Positions 27,113-36,192 of a stretch of 64,000 nucleotides of DNA are shown piece by piece. The stretch is from a virus. Position 1 is the first letter of the stretch. Every line of letters begins with the position of its first letter. A program made the translations under genes and the position numbers. The notes beneath the pieces were generated by a model that made no database searches, was not told where the DNA came from, and saw only the letters and a program-made list of their open reading frames with translations. The stretch covers positions 1-64,000 of the IMG/VR virus record IMGVR_UViG_3300037258_000145; one strand, written 5' to 3'.

Positions 27113-29442
27113 AGGCCCGTACTCCCGCCGTCTTGGCTACCACAGGTCGACCCCTGCCAGTTGGCGTAGGTCTGAGCGGTTCCCTGTCCCAGGCACGCCA
27201 CAGCCCATGTCCCGGTGTATACGTTGTTGCTCCAGAGGTTGCCGTAGTGCAGGACCACGTTGTTTTGCGTAGCGCTCCCGGCATAGGGTGACCATCCGCA
27301 CAAGTTCGGAGCACCCCCGGAACAACTCCCTGAGTTGCCCCACAAGGCTTGGTATCCGCAGAGGTTGGTCGACGCTGGAGGAGAGCCCGTTGGCGCCACG
27401 CAACCAGCAAGCGAAGTCGGCGCCATATTGAACACATCAGATTGCGCGGTTACGTTCTGACTGGCCCAGGTGCAGGCATTGAAATAGGCGTTACCGTGCG
27501 ACGTGCCATTCAGGTTGGCCACCCCACACCCCCCGGCGGCGCCCACACCTATCTCCACGCTGGTCCCGGTACCAACCGCGGGCGTTGTGAGCGTGCAGGC
27601 ATTAGCGCTGGCGCACGTCGAAATGGTGTCGCCCGCCGTGATGCACGCGCTTGATCCTCCGCCGCATGTCGACGCCGCCCACACGTAGTCTCCGTTAGCT
27701 GGTGTTGTGCCCGCGCCGGTCTGGATGTTCTTGAAGCCGGCAGCCGAGGTGATAGCCGTCGTACCGTTCGTTACCCCGTCAGCGACACCGAGACCGGCGT
27801 TGTCGTAGTACGTGGACGGGTTGACCAGCGGGCAGTTGAGTTGATAGGGCGAGCCACAGAACCGGTTGCGGTCCTGGTAAACATCGATGCCATCCCAGTT
27901 GTTGGTGAAAACGTCGCCCTCGATATTGGCAGTGTTGGCAAGCGAAGAGACGAGACCGGACGAGCCGCTGATCGTGGTGCCACCGGAGGACGAGATGTAA
28001 ATGGCCGGTGTGTAGTTGGAGTAGATCGTGCTACTGCCATCGATCGGGCCCTCACCGTCGGCGCAGGACGCCGAGTGGCCATTGAAGGTGGACGACGAGC
28101 AGGACGGCCAAGAGAAGTCATTCGAGGTCCCGTTGCCCTCGAATAGGTTGTTCAGCACCTGGACGTTGGCGCTGGCCTCGAAGTCGAGACCATAGCCGAA
28201 ATTACCCTGGATGACGTTGTAGTTGACGTCCAAGCCCGCGTTGTTAAAGTCGAACCAGGTGCCCACGTAGTAGTTAACGTCGACCCAGTTACCCAGGGCT
28301 TGGCACTGCGAGACCGTGTCGGACCCATCTGGCCCGCTCCCGGTGGCGCACGTGCCTGGCGCCCCAAAGGTGACGTTGGTAGCCCACAGCAGCTTGCCAC
28401 CGCCCGAGTTACCGCCTCCACCATCAGCGTTGTCGGGGTAGTAGCCGATCCCGTTCTGAGTAATCTCGTTGGACTGGATGGTGATGTCATCGGCACCGCC
28501 GGCCGAATTGGGGTCGGGGCAATGCGTGCCGTCCCCGGTGCAGGAGACGTTGTAACCGCCTTGATTGTTCTCGGTGATGCAGTTGCCGGTCAGAACGTCA
28601 CCGGTCCCAAGATTGACCCCGTACCCGTACGCCTCGTCACCCTGGTAGCTGCTCGTCCCGTAATTGGGGCCGATCGTGTTGTGCGCGACGGTCCAGTCCG
28701 GCGTGTCGTTTGAGTTGATCAGCGCGTTGTTGTTGCCGGTGGCCCATCCGGTCACGGTCAGGTACTCAACCGTCACACCTGTCGCCGAGGTCGAGCCGTC
28801 TATGGCGTAACCGTTGGCCGTGCTGGTGCCTTCGAGCGTGGCCTCAGGGGGGCTGTCCCCGGAGTTGTAACCACCCTCCAACACGTCGCCCGTAAAGACC
28901 GTGAACCCCGTGGAGTTGGTGCTGAAGGTGTGGTTGCCAGGAGCCAGCCAGTAGCTTGTGCTCGGCGCGAGCGTGACTGAGGAATTGTCGCCCGCTGCGA
29001 TGGTCGTGAAGCCACCAGGGGCCGACGTAGGGCCGTGGAGCCCCGACGTAGCGCAGACCGCAGTCCCCGCCGTTGGAGCGTTGCCTCCTGGCGTCGTCGT
29101 GGTTGTGGTGGAGCTGCTGGTGGTACTTGAGCTGGTGGTCGTGCCCGACGTGCTCTGCGAATAGTTCGGGGGCCAAAAGACCGAGTTGAGCGACCAGGTG
29201 ATGACAAGGACGCTGAAGGCGATGCCGATTACTGCCTCGGTAACCCTCAGGATGGCCTGGTTCCGCTTGTGGCGCAGGGTGAGGGCGGCGACTACCTGCT
29301 GGCGCGCATGGAGCATGATGGCACCGCATTCGAGACAGCCCATCCACCACTCGGTCGGGTCGTGACCGTGGATGCAGCGCTCTACGACAGCGGGGGGCGG
29401 AGCCTGCTGGGGTGCAGCCCAGGTCGGGCGTTTTCTGTTCAC
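27109..29442 (-). CDS. membrane-anchored/secreted right-handed beta-helix protein
   Basis: TM segment, S/T linker, YWLAPG.H, many parallel beta-helix repeats, paired Cys. Confidence 0.8.
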   Translation of the reverse strand: MNRKRPTWAAPQQAPPPAVVERCIHGHDPTEWWMGCLECGAIMLHARQQVVAALTLRHKRNQAILRVTEAVIGIAFSVLVITWSLNSVFWPPNYSQSTSGTTTSSSTTSSSTTTTTTPGGNAPTAGTAVCATSGLHGPTSAPGGFTTIAAGDNSSVTLAPSTSYWLAPGNHTFSTNSTGFTVFTGDVLEGGYNSGDSPPEATLEGTSTANGYAIDGSTSATGVTVEYLTVTGWATGNNNALINSNDTPDWTVAHNTIGPNYGTSSYQGDEAYGYGVNLGTGDVLTGNCITENNQGGYNVSCTGDGTHCPDPNSAGGADDITIQSNEITQNGIGYYPDNADGGGGNSGGGKLLWATNVTFGAPGTCATGSGPDGSDTVSQCQALGNWVDVNYYVGTWFDFNNAGLDVNYNVIQGNFGYGLDFEASANVQVLNNLFEGNGTSNDFSWPSCSSSTFNGHSASCADGEGPIDGSSTIYSNYTPAIYISSSGGTTISGSSGLVSSLANTANIEGDVFTNNWDGIDVYQDRNRFCGSPYQLNCPLVNPSTYYDNAGLGVADGVTNGTTAITSAAGFKNIQTGAGTTPANGDYVWAASTCGGGSSACITAGDTISTCASANACTLTTPAVGTGTSVEIGVGAAGGCGVANLNGTSHGNAYFNACTWASQNVTAQSDVFNMAPTSLAGCVAPTGSPPASTNLCGYQALWGNSGSCSGGAPNLCGWSPYAGSATQNNVVLHYGNLWSNNVYTGTWAVACLGQGTAQTYANWQGSTCGSQDGGSTGL

Positions 29443-29454
29443 GCTTCAAAGTCC

Positions 29455-30126
29455 TCAGGAGTGGGCAAGTTCTATCTCCGTGATCGAGGCAAAGCCACCG
29501 GATGTCGGGCTGACCACGACGTTAGCGGTACCGGTCGACGTGACAACCCCGTACCAGATCTCTCCGTCTTGGCCGCCGTTGGTGGCTGTCTGCGCGGCTA
29601 CCGCTTTGGCGAACCCGCCTGAGACGAGCGAACAGGTGACACCGGTTACGGCTGTCTCGGCTCCCATGGAAATCATGACCACCACCAGGTTGCCGATGGT
29701 GTGAGTGGTGATCGACAGGGACGCGAACCCGGACCCGTCCCCGCTGGCTACACCAACCTCGCTGATGGTCTTGGCGGGGTAGAAGAACAGCGCCGCGATA
29801 ACGCCGCAGTTGTCCGAGCCGTTGTTGTTGTTCGCCGCCGTCGGCGTCGTGACGGACGAAATGCTTGTGTTGTAACAGTAATAGTTGGTGGTTGCCCCGC
29901 CAGGATTGCCGTAGGTGTAGCCCGAGGTCGAACCGCCTGAGTTGGTGCCATAGCTCCAGAAGTTCAGGCCGACATAAGCCTCGTTGGAGTTAGCCGGCGT
30001 CAGGCTGGGGAAGCTGAAAACAGATCCGCTGACCGGTGCGTCGGCATTGGCTCCGGTGGTGTCGACCTGCCAGCCGGTAGCGGGGGGCGCCGAGACCGCT
30101 GCGGCCAGGAGCCGGGCGAATTGCAT
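29455..30126 (-). CDS. small fibre-associated adhesin-like protein
   Basis: TGATG-coupled ATG; MQFARLLAA N-terminus shared with the GH16 protein. Confidence 0.65.
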   Translation of the reverse strand: MQFARLLAAAVSAPPATGWQVDTTGANADAPVSGSVFSFPSLTPANSNEAYVGLNFWSYGTNSGGSTSGYTYGNPGGATTNYYCYNTSISSVTTPTAANNNNGSDNCGVIAALFFYPAKTISEVGVASGDGSGFASLSITTHTIGNLVVVMISMGAETAVTGVTCSLVSGGFAKAVAAQTATNGGQDGEIWYGVVTSTGTANVVVSPTSGGFASITEIELAHS

Positions 30127-31730
30127 CAGGCGTCGAGCAGCGCCGAGGCGATCCAGGCGCTCCGGTGCACGGACCAAGCCAGGACCAGGGTGTCAGTTTT
30201 GCCGTTGGTAGCCGTGAAGGTGGGAGCCGATCCGCCCACCCACGCCAGGGTCGCGCCGGTAAAAGTCCACGACGCCGCTGAGCCCGAGGCGGGTTGGTGG
30301 AGCATCGCTGCTATCTGGTCTCCTGGGTAGCCGGCGGGCACGGTGATGGCGCAGGAGTCGCCCGCTGTACCTAGAAGCTCAGTGAGCTTGTTGCGGACCA
30401 AGGTACCTGTGGTAGTAACGGTGGCCTGGGATGGGATCAGCGGTTGGGTCTCGGTGATCTGCCAGGTGTTGGCTGCTACCCGAACGAGCGTGGCCTTCTC
30501 GACTCCACCGGTCAGGGCCACGATGACCGAGGTAGAGGTGGAACCGTTCAGCGATGCCGTGCCGTCGGTGGTGAACGTGATGGTACCGACACCGGACAGG
30601 CCAGTAACCACGATGATGTCAGCGGTGCCCGATGCCCACGCCGTGCCGAACGTCGAATCGTCGGTGACGGTGATCGCGCAGCCCGAGGAGTCGGAGCACT
30701 CGATGAGAGCCCCGACGTCGGTGTGGCTCAGGTTGTGCGTGGCACCGGCCACAGCCACAATGGCAGTCAGGCCCGTGCCCTCGATGGTGACAATGCCGTT
30801 AGCGCCCGCGGTCGTGACTACCGGCTTGATCCCTGCGGTACCGATGAACTCAACGTTTCCAGTGGCGTTGGCCGACCCGTCGGTGATCTCCGAGACACCC
30901 GAGGACCCGCCGCCGCCCTCCACCCAGGTCTGAGACGAGGTGTCGATGGTGATACCGGCCGTCGGGGTAGCGAGGACCCAGTAGTACCCGGCGTAGGTAC
31001 CGAGCTTGACGTGACAGACGCGCCCGCCGTTCACCACGGCCCCCGACGGGAACTCAGTGATACGGGTTAGCGCGCTGGAGGCGCCGTTCCATTGCCATAG
31101 CCCGTTCTGACTGGCCGTGGACTGCACCGTGAGTAGGAGCAGATCGCCGGCGGCCAGCGAGTAGCCGTTGATCGTGGCGCCGGGAGCGGACAGGGAAGCG
31201 ATGTTCGACGTCGCCACCGTGGCCGCGGGGGTCAGCTCGGGGACGTGCAGGCCGAAGCGGTTGGTGCCGATGTTGGCGAAGATGAGGGTCTTGTCGACCA
31301 GGTTGGACGATGCAAGCGACGACGCCCCGCCTGATACGTATATCTCGTTGATGGCGATGTACCCCGAAGGACAGGCGGCCCGGACGGGAGGATTGCCGTT
31401 GCCAGGTGTCCAGTTGACGACGGAGCACTGCGCGCCCTGGACGATCGAAAGCGTGCCGCTGGGGTTGGAGACGACAAGGTCCTTGCGGTCGAACGTGGAG
31501 GCTGTGGCGCACGTCACGTTGCCGCTAGACCACGAGACGGGGCTCCAGTTCGATATGCCCGTACCGGCCACCACAGCCACCGTCAGACCGCTTACGACGC
31601 TGACGCTGCCACCCGTCAGTACCCCGGTACCGAAGATGGCGTTGACGAGCAGATCGATGTCGTTGACGTCGTCGGCTGCTTGACCGGCGTAGGTCGGAGA
31701 GTCCTGGGCGTTGTAGAGCTTTAGGGCCAG
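30126..31730 (-). CDS. tail fibre protein; CTG start
   Basis: Q.TASQNGLW fibre domain, C-terminal WVGGSAPTFT..GKTD; 50 further in-frame codons up to AGGAGG-CAT-CTG. Confidence 0.8.
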   Translation of the reverse strand: MALKLYNAQDSPTYAGQAADDVNDIDLLVNAIFGTGVLTGGSVSVVSGLTVAVVAGTGISNWSPVSWSSGNVTCATASTFDRKDLVVSNPSGTLSIVQGAQCSVVNWTPGNGNPPVRAACPSGYIAINEIYVSGGASSLASSNLVDKTLIFANIGTNRFGLHVPELTPAATVATSNIASLSAPGATINGYSLAAGDLLLLTVQSTASQNGLWQWNGASSALTRITEFPSGAVVNGGRVCHVKLGTYAGYYWVLATPTAGITIDTSSQTWVEGGGGSSGVSEITDGSANATGNVEFIGTAGIKPVVTTAGANGIVTIEGTGLTAIVAVAGATHNLSHTDVGALIECSDSSGCAITVTDDSTFGTAWASGTADIIVVTGLSGVGTITFTTDGTASLNGSTSTSVIVALTGGVEKATLVRVAANTWQITETQPLIPSQATVTTTGTLVRNKLTELLGTAGDSCAITVPAGYPGDQIAAMLHQPASGSAASWTFTGATLAWVGGSAPTFTATNGKTDTLVLAWSVHRSAWIASALLDA

Positions 31731-31739
31731 ATGCCTCCT
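31728..31739 (-). promoter_or_regulatory. SD-CAT-CTG initiation motif (fibre)
   Basis: AGGAGG CAT CTG, in frame; TAGGAT at 31758-31763. Confidence 0.8.
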
Positions 31740-31808
31740 GAGGTCGTCACCGAGGTAATCCTACGCCGCGAACGGTCAGCCTGCTAGCGATGACCACCAG
31801 CCCCTCAT

Positions 31809-31822
31809 GCTAAGCTTGCTTT
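31809..31822 (+). promoter_or_regulatory. promoter motif C (leaderless)
   Basis: GCTAAGCTTGCTTT followed by C-GTG. Confidence 0.65.
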
Positions 31823-31823
31823 C

Positions 31824-32030
31824 GTGAAGTCCGACTCAAAACCTTCCGTGGACTGGAACGCTGGCTTTCTCTGGTTTCTCATCACCGGTGTGCTCGGATT
31901 CTGGCTCCTGGTTGTCGCATACCACTCGCACAACTGGGAGAGGGCAAATATCCCCGACGAACTACTGTACGTAGCTCTCCCTACGATCAGTCTTCTTGTG
32001 GGATGGCTCGTGGCAAAGTTCTCTCGATAA
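31824..32030 (+). CDS. small two-TM membrane protein, leaderless
   Basis: GTG 7 nt after TAAGCT; two hydrophobic helices. Confidence 0.7.
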   Translation: MKSDSKPSVDWNAGFLWFLITGVLGFWLLVVAYHSHNWERANIPDELLYVALPTISLLVGWLVAKFSR

Positions 32031-32056
32031 AAGCGCGCGGTCACCGCGCGCTTTCA
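32029..32056. repeat. palindrome A, copy 3 (between convergent stop codons)
   Basis: AAAAG CGCGCGGTCACCGCGCG CTTTCA. Confidence 0.95.
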
Positions 32057-32488
32057 GGGGTCGACGCCAGGATTGTTCGGGTTGTAGTAGCTGCCAGGCA
32101 GGAAGTTGGCAGTCTCTTCGACGGTCATCACCATGTCGGCGGCGAAGAGGGCGAAACCCTGGCCTGAAGCGTTGGCCCTGATCCGGGTGTAGTCGACCGA
32201 CCACTTCTCCCCGACATTCAAGAACTGGGTCTGGAACCCCGTCACCGGATCGGTCCACGGCACCACGGCGTCTGCTGGGTAGACGAGGAACTGCGCCAGG
32301 ACTTGGTCGATCACAAGCGGAAAAGCTGTATCGAGGGCGGGATCATCGAGATTCATTCCTTGCGTCAGTTGGATGTCGACCTGCCAGGTGAACTTGTAGA
32401 AGCCCTGAGGACGAGGAGCGGACTGACGGGCACCGGTCATGCGTCCGCCCCAGATGTAGGCCGCTGGCGCACTGGCACTGTTGGCCAT
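32054..32488 (-). CDS. tail terminator-like protein (true start probably further upstream)
   Basis: Follows the head-tail adaptor; frame is open and protein-like up to 32590. Confidence 0.55.
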   Translation of the reverse strand: MANSASAPAAYIWGGRMTGARQSAPRPQGFYKFTWQVDIQLTQGMNLDDPALDTAFPLVIDQVLAQFLVYPADAVVPWTDPVTGFQTQFLNVGEKWSVDYTRIRANASGQGFALFAADMVMTVEETANFLPGSYYNPNNPGVDP

Positions 32489-32677
32489 GACAGGATCGCT
32501 GATGTATGCCTGAACCGGATCGGTCTGTGGCGTCCCGAGCCCATCGAGCTGCCCGAAGATCCAGCGCTGGAGGCTTGCTAACGTAGCTGCTCACCTGCTC
32601 CCATCAGCACGCGGCCAACCCAAGCCCTGTTCTTTGCGCTTGAGATACTCTACGTCTGACCTGTGCGATCTCATCTA

Positions 32678-33757
32678 CTAATACACACGCGAAAACGGCC
32701 TCACAGCCGCCGCCGCCATCTTCTGGGCCGTCATGATCGTCTCTTCGATCGTGACTACCCTGCCGTCGCCCGTGATGCTGAGCGTCGCTAGACCTTGCTG
32801 TAACGCCCATGCTTTGGCGTACAGCGCCGTACCCTGTCTTACCCCTCTCGGCATCGCGGTCACCAGTACCGGGGCCGTGTGAGCGAACTGAGTGGGGTTT
32901 GCGAGGGTCAGGGTGCCCGGCCCCACAGGGACGATGACCGAACTCCAATAGGGCGTGGACGCGTTGGAGGGAGCCTGGACGCCTGACGGAGAACCGGGGC
33001 CGTTGGCGATGGTGCACTGCCAGGTATTGGCTGAGGTGTCGTTCACCAGCGCGCCGGGCCAGTAGTTGCCTGTCGATGAGTACGTAGCCGGTGTCGGGTA
33101 GCTCACCGAGGCGCACTGCACCACCTCGGCGTTGGGGCCGTCCAGGATGTCGAGGGCGGCGCCGAGCATCCCGCACACCTCGTCGACCTGGATCGTCGCC
33201 GCGCTCTTGGCGCAGTTGGCCGTCAATTGGCCATGGGGCCAGCCGTGGAGATAGTTGACCCACCACTCCAGCCCACCGCGTCCCAGCCCTCCCCCATAGC
33301 CCCAACTGAGCCCACCTGCTATCTGGATGGCGTTGTTACCGCCTCCGAACCCCGCCGGGGCAGACGAGCCGTACACGCCGAGCGGTCGTCTCTCAGGCCA
33401 CAGAGCGCCCGCCTGGGCCACGGTCCATGTCTTGGGGTACGCCACCTGTGCCGCCGTGAAAGCACCGAAGGGAACCGAGACGATGGGGTTGTACGAGCAC
33501 AGGAGCCGTCCGTTGCCGTTGGACAGGATCGAAGCGCGGTGATCGGGCATGTACCAGTCCTCAGAGACGTACTGGCAGGGGAGGGACTGGTTGCATTCCC
33601 GGTTGACCTCGGAGGTGGCGAACTCGCAGACGACGAGCAGAGCGGCGACATTGACCGGATCAGACGGCTTGGTACTGCCTGCCTGGCCCATCGTCGACCA
33701 GCTCACACCTAAAGGCATCGCTACCAGGTCGGCTGGCTCAAGGAAGGGGGCGGACAT
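32678..33757 (-). CDS. head-tail adaptor with an inserted CBM-like module
   Basis: ATSEVNRECNQ, Y.HGW, MPRGVRQ, C-terminal RPFSRVY adaptor motifs. Confidence 0.7.
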   Translation of the reverse strand: MSAPFLEPADLVAMPLGVSWSTMGQAGSTKPSDPVNVAALLVVCEFATSEVNRECNQSLPCQYVSEDWYMPDHRASILSNGNGRLLCSYNPIVSVPFGAFTAAQVAYPKTWTVAQAGALWPERRPLGVYGSSAPAGFGGGNNAIQIAGGLSWGYGGGLGRGGLEWWVNYLHGWPHGQLTANCAKSAATIQVDEVCGMLGAALDILDGPNAEVVQCASVSYPTPATYSSTGNYWPGALVNDTSANTWQCTIANGPGSPSGVQAPSNASTPYWSSVIVPVGPGTLTLANPTQFAHTAPVLVTAMPRGVRQGTALYAKAWALQQGLATLSITGDGRVVTIEETIMTAQKMAAAAVRPFSRVY

Positions 33758-33963
33758 CAGCCCACCATAGCGATAGCGGCTTGGCGCACCTCAACTGGCT
33801 CAGAGCGTAGGCACCGGGCGCAGAGCTGGCGGTTGCCGTCGGAGATGTAGCGAACGTGCTTGGTGCACACCGACGTCCCACAGGAGCCGCAAATGGCCAC
33901 GGGCGCGGGGTTGGCGCGACGCTTCATGCCGCCACACAACCCGCACCCGTTCGACTTCGCCAT
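33757..33963 (-). CDS. small zinc-finger protein
   Basis: CGLC, CGSC, CTKH, CARC. Confidence 0.65.
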   Translation of the reverse strand: MAKSNGCGLCGGMKRRANPAPVAICGSCGTSVCTKHVRYISDGNRQLCARCLRSEPVEVRQAAIAMVG

Positions 33964-33966
33964 TGC

Positions 33967-34350
33967 TTACTTGGCACTACCGGCTGTGACCTGCTCGCGA
34001 TGGGAGGCGGCGAGGGCGCGGAGGGCTTGGCCCATTTCGAGTTGGCCCATCTGCTGCTCATGCTCCACGGCCAGTCTCTCGTCCACCGTCAAAGGCACGG
34101 ACTTCGGCTGTACGCCTGAGTGCTGGACGGTGGCCAGGATGGCGGCTTCGCAGGCCGGGGCACACGAGATGCGCCATACCCGGTCCTGGTCGGACTCGAG
34201 CGCCGGCTCTTCGACGTCGACCGGCTCGACAGGGTCAAGGGACAGATCGGCATTGTCAGGCAACCGACGGACTTTTACGGTGTCGGTGATCTTGTGCTCA
34301 TGACCGCCGATGGAGATGGAGGTCAAATCATGGTGTAAAAATACGGTCAT
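33967..34350 (-). CDS. hypothetical head-region protein
   Basis: AAGGAG RBS, ATGA-coupled. Confidence 0.65.
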   Translation of the reverse strand: MTVFLHHDLTSISIGGHEHKITDTVKVRRLPDNADLSLDPVEPVDVEEPALESDQDRVWRISCAPACEAAILATVQHSGVQPKSVPLTVDERLAVEHEQQMGQLEMGQALRALAASHREQVTAGSAK

Positions 34351-34694
34351 TGGTCGTTCTCCTTTACTTCGGGATGTTCGCTGGGCTTTCCGGGGCCATC
34401 CATCACCATGGGCCCGCCGCATTTGGGACAAGGCGACTGCGCGTGAAATTGGAAGCCCGCGAAGCCGCATGTGAGACAGTGAGTGCCTTTGGACTTCGGC
34501 GGGTTGACAGAAGCGGCCTCGACGACAAAGCCGTCCGAGTTGCGCTTCATGGCGGCAATGTGTTCGGGATTGTTGACCTCGATGTGACCGGCGCGGTTGG
34601 AGCGGTAAACAGTGCCGTCTTCCATCGTCACGCCGGTACAGCCTGTTGGGAGGCCGTCGCGCTTTTTGTAGGACTCAACCAGCATGCGGGTCAC
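34347..34694 (-). CDS. zinc-ribbon head-region protein
   Basis: CLTCG..CPKCG; coupled. Confidence 0.65.
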   Translation of the reverse strand: MTRMLVESYKKRDGLPTGCTGVTMEDGTVYRSNRAGHIEVNNPEHIAAMKRNSDGFVVEAASVNPPKSKGTHCLTCGFAGFQFHAQSPCPKCGGPMVMDGPGKPSEHPEVKENDQ

Positions 34695-35152
34695 TCGGAC
34701 TCACGCTCAACCGTCACGGGGCCATGTTGGTTGAGACGGTGAACAGACCCGTGCGAAGCCCAACCGGTCGCCACCGCCATAGCGTCAGCGATCATGCCGA
34801 CCGTCCATGAGACCTCTTCGCGTGAACTGAAGTCCCACGACAAGCGCCCATCCAAGACCAAGCTCCAACGCCACGGACCGGGGTGCGGCTGGACTACGTA
34901 CGGCTCGACAAGGCTCTGAGCCTCATCCGTGCTCTCGCCAGCGAGATTGGTGAACGGGTAAACCTGCTGGCCATCTTCATCGACCGGGACCCGGAATACC
35001 TCGATATAGGGCACCTTGCACCCGCGGTACGAGACCTCGCAGAGCGTGACCGACGGGTTCCGGCTCATCATCATGACAAGAGGACGATCCTCGCGACCCT
35101 CATCAACTTGAGCTTGCTCTAGGTGGGTCTGATCATCGGGTAATGGGGTCAT
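34691..35152 (-). CDS. hypothetical protein
   Basis: AGGAGG RBS and ATG. Confidence 0.65.
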   Translation of the reverse strand: MTPLPDDQTHLEQAQVDEGREDRPLVMMMSRNPSVTLCEVSYRGCKVPYIEVFRVPVDEDGQQVYPFTNLAGESTDEAQSLVEPYVVQPHPGPWRWSLVLDGRLSWDFSSREEVSWTVGMIADAMAVATGWASHGSVHRLNQHGPVTVERESE

Positions 35153-35170
35153 TTTGGGGCCTCCTGGGGA

Positions 35171-36031
35171 CTAGGCGGGTGAGAGATAGGTGGATAGACG
35201 GGAGAAGTCGCGGGCCTTGATCTCGGCCTCGGAGAGACGAAGGACGGTGACGCCCTGCTCGGTGAGATAGGCATCTCGCACGGCCTCTCGGTCCGCATTG
35301 CGTCCGTCGTGGTAGTAGGCGCCGTCGGCCTCGATATCAAGACGTAGCGAGGGAACGTAGATGTCGAGCGTGTACGGGCCCTGAGGCTTGTGGACTAAGT
35401 AGGGGACCTCAGCCTCGGTCAGGTACGTCATGACGCCAGCCTCGGGCTTGGTGATGTGATGACCGCCCCTGATGCCGCGGTTCGCTTTGGCAATCGAGGT
35501 CAGAATGGGTTCTCGCTCGGCAGGTCCCATCTTCGCCCAACGGGCTTTGGCCGACTCGCTAGCCTTCTCCCTGGACTCAGGGGTCCACTTGCGGTAGGGG
35601 TTCTTCTTGCGATCAAGCCGGACCTGCGCCAACAGAGTGCGAAAGCGGTCGGCGTATTCGGGGTCGCTCTTGATCCAGCGGAAGTGCTGAGTGAACTCAA
35701 CGCCCGACTTGGCACCGGCCGGTTTCAGCCAGTGAGTCTCAGCGAAGGCCGTCAAGAGAGCGTCCTGACGTTCCCTTTTGCGCTCTTCGTCAACCGGTCG
35801 ACCGGTGCCTGTTGCCCGACCAGTTTTCAAGCCCTCGGCTTGACGCTCAAGGGTGACGATCTCCATGGCCTCTCGGTACTCAGGATCACTGAGCAGCCAG
35901 CGCTCATGTCGAGAACGAGGAATGCCGACGCGTTCGCAGGAAGAAGTGATGTGCCCCGACTCCCTGTAGTGCGTCAGCATCTCTTCCTTCCAGGCCGCTT
36001 GTACTTCCGGGGCCGGTCCTTTTCTGGGCAT
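35171..36031 (-). CDS. free-standing Vsr/DUF559-like endonuclease with tandem N-terminal HTH domains (probable homing endonuclease)
   Basis: LDIY...IEADGAYYH...RDAYL..G..VLRL; repeated RW..SDPEY module; own RBS; directly after the capsid gene. Confidence 0.75.
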   Translation of the reverse strand: MPRKGPAPEVQAAWKEEMLTHYRESGHITSSCERVGIPRSRHERWLLSDPEYREAMEIVTLERQAEGLKTGRATGTGRPVDEERKRERQDALLTAFAETHWLKPAGAKSGVEFTQHFRWIKSDPEYADRFRTLLAQVRLDRKKNPYRKWTPESREKASESAKARWAKMGPAEREPILTSIAKANRGIRGGHHITKPEAGVMTYLTEAEVPYLVHKPQGPYTLDIYVPSLRLDIEADGAYYHDGRNADREAVRDAYLTEQGVTVLRLSEAEIKARDFSRLSTYLSPA

Positions 36032-36192
36032 CGTACAAATCTCCTAGGGCTAGGCACACTCGGCCTTGACCCTAGGAGATAGCTTACCACCTTTTGTTAC
36101 CCCAATACTATCGATCCATCCTTATGACACGGTGTTCTGAAGCAGTGCTGCATTCCCGTGACTTGCGGCGTCTTTAGAATTGGGGTGCACGC

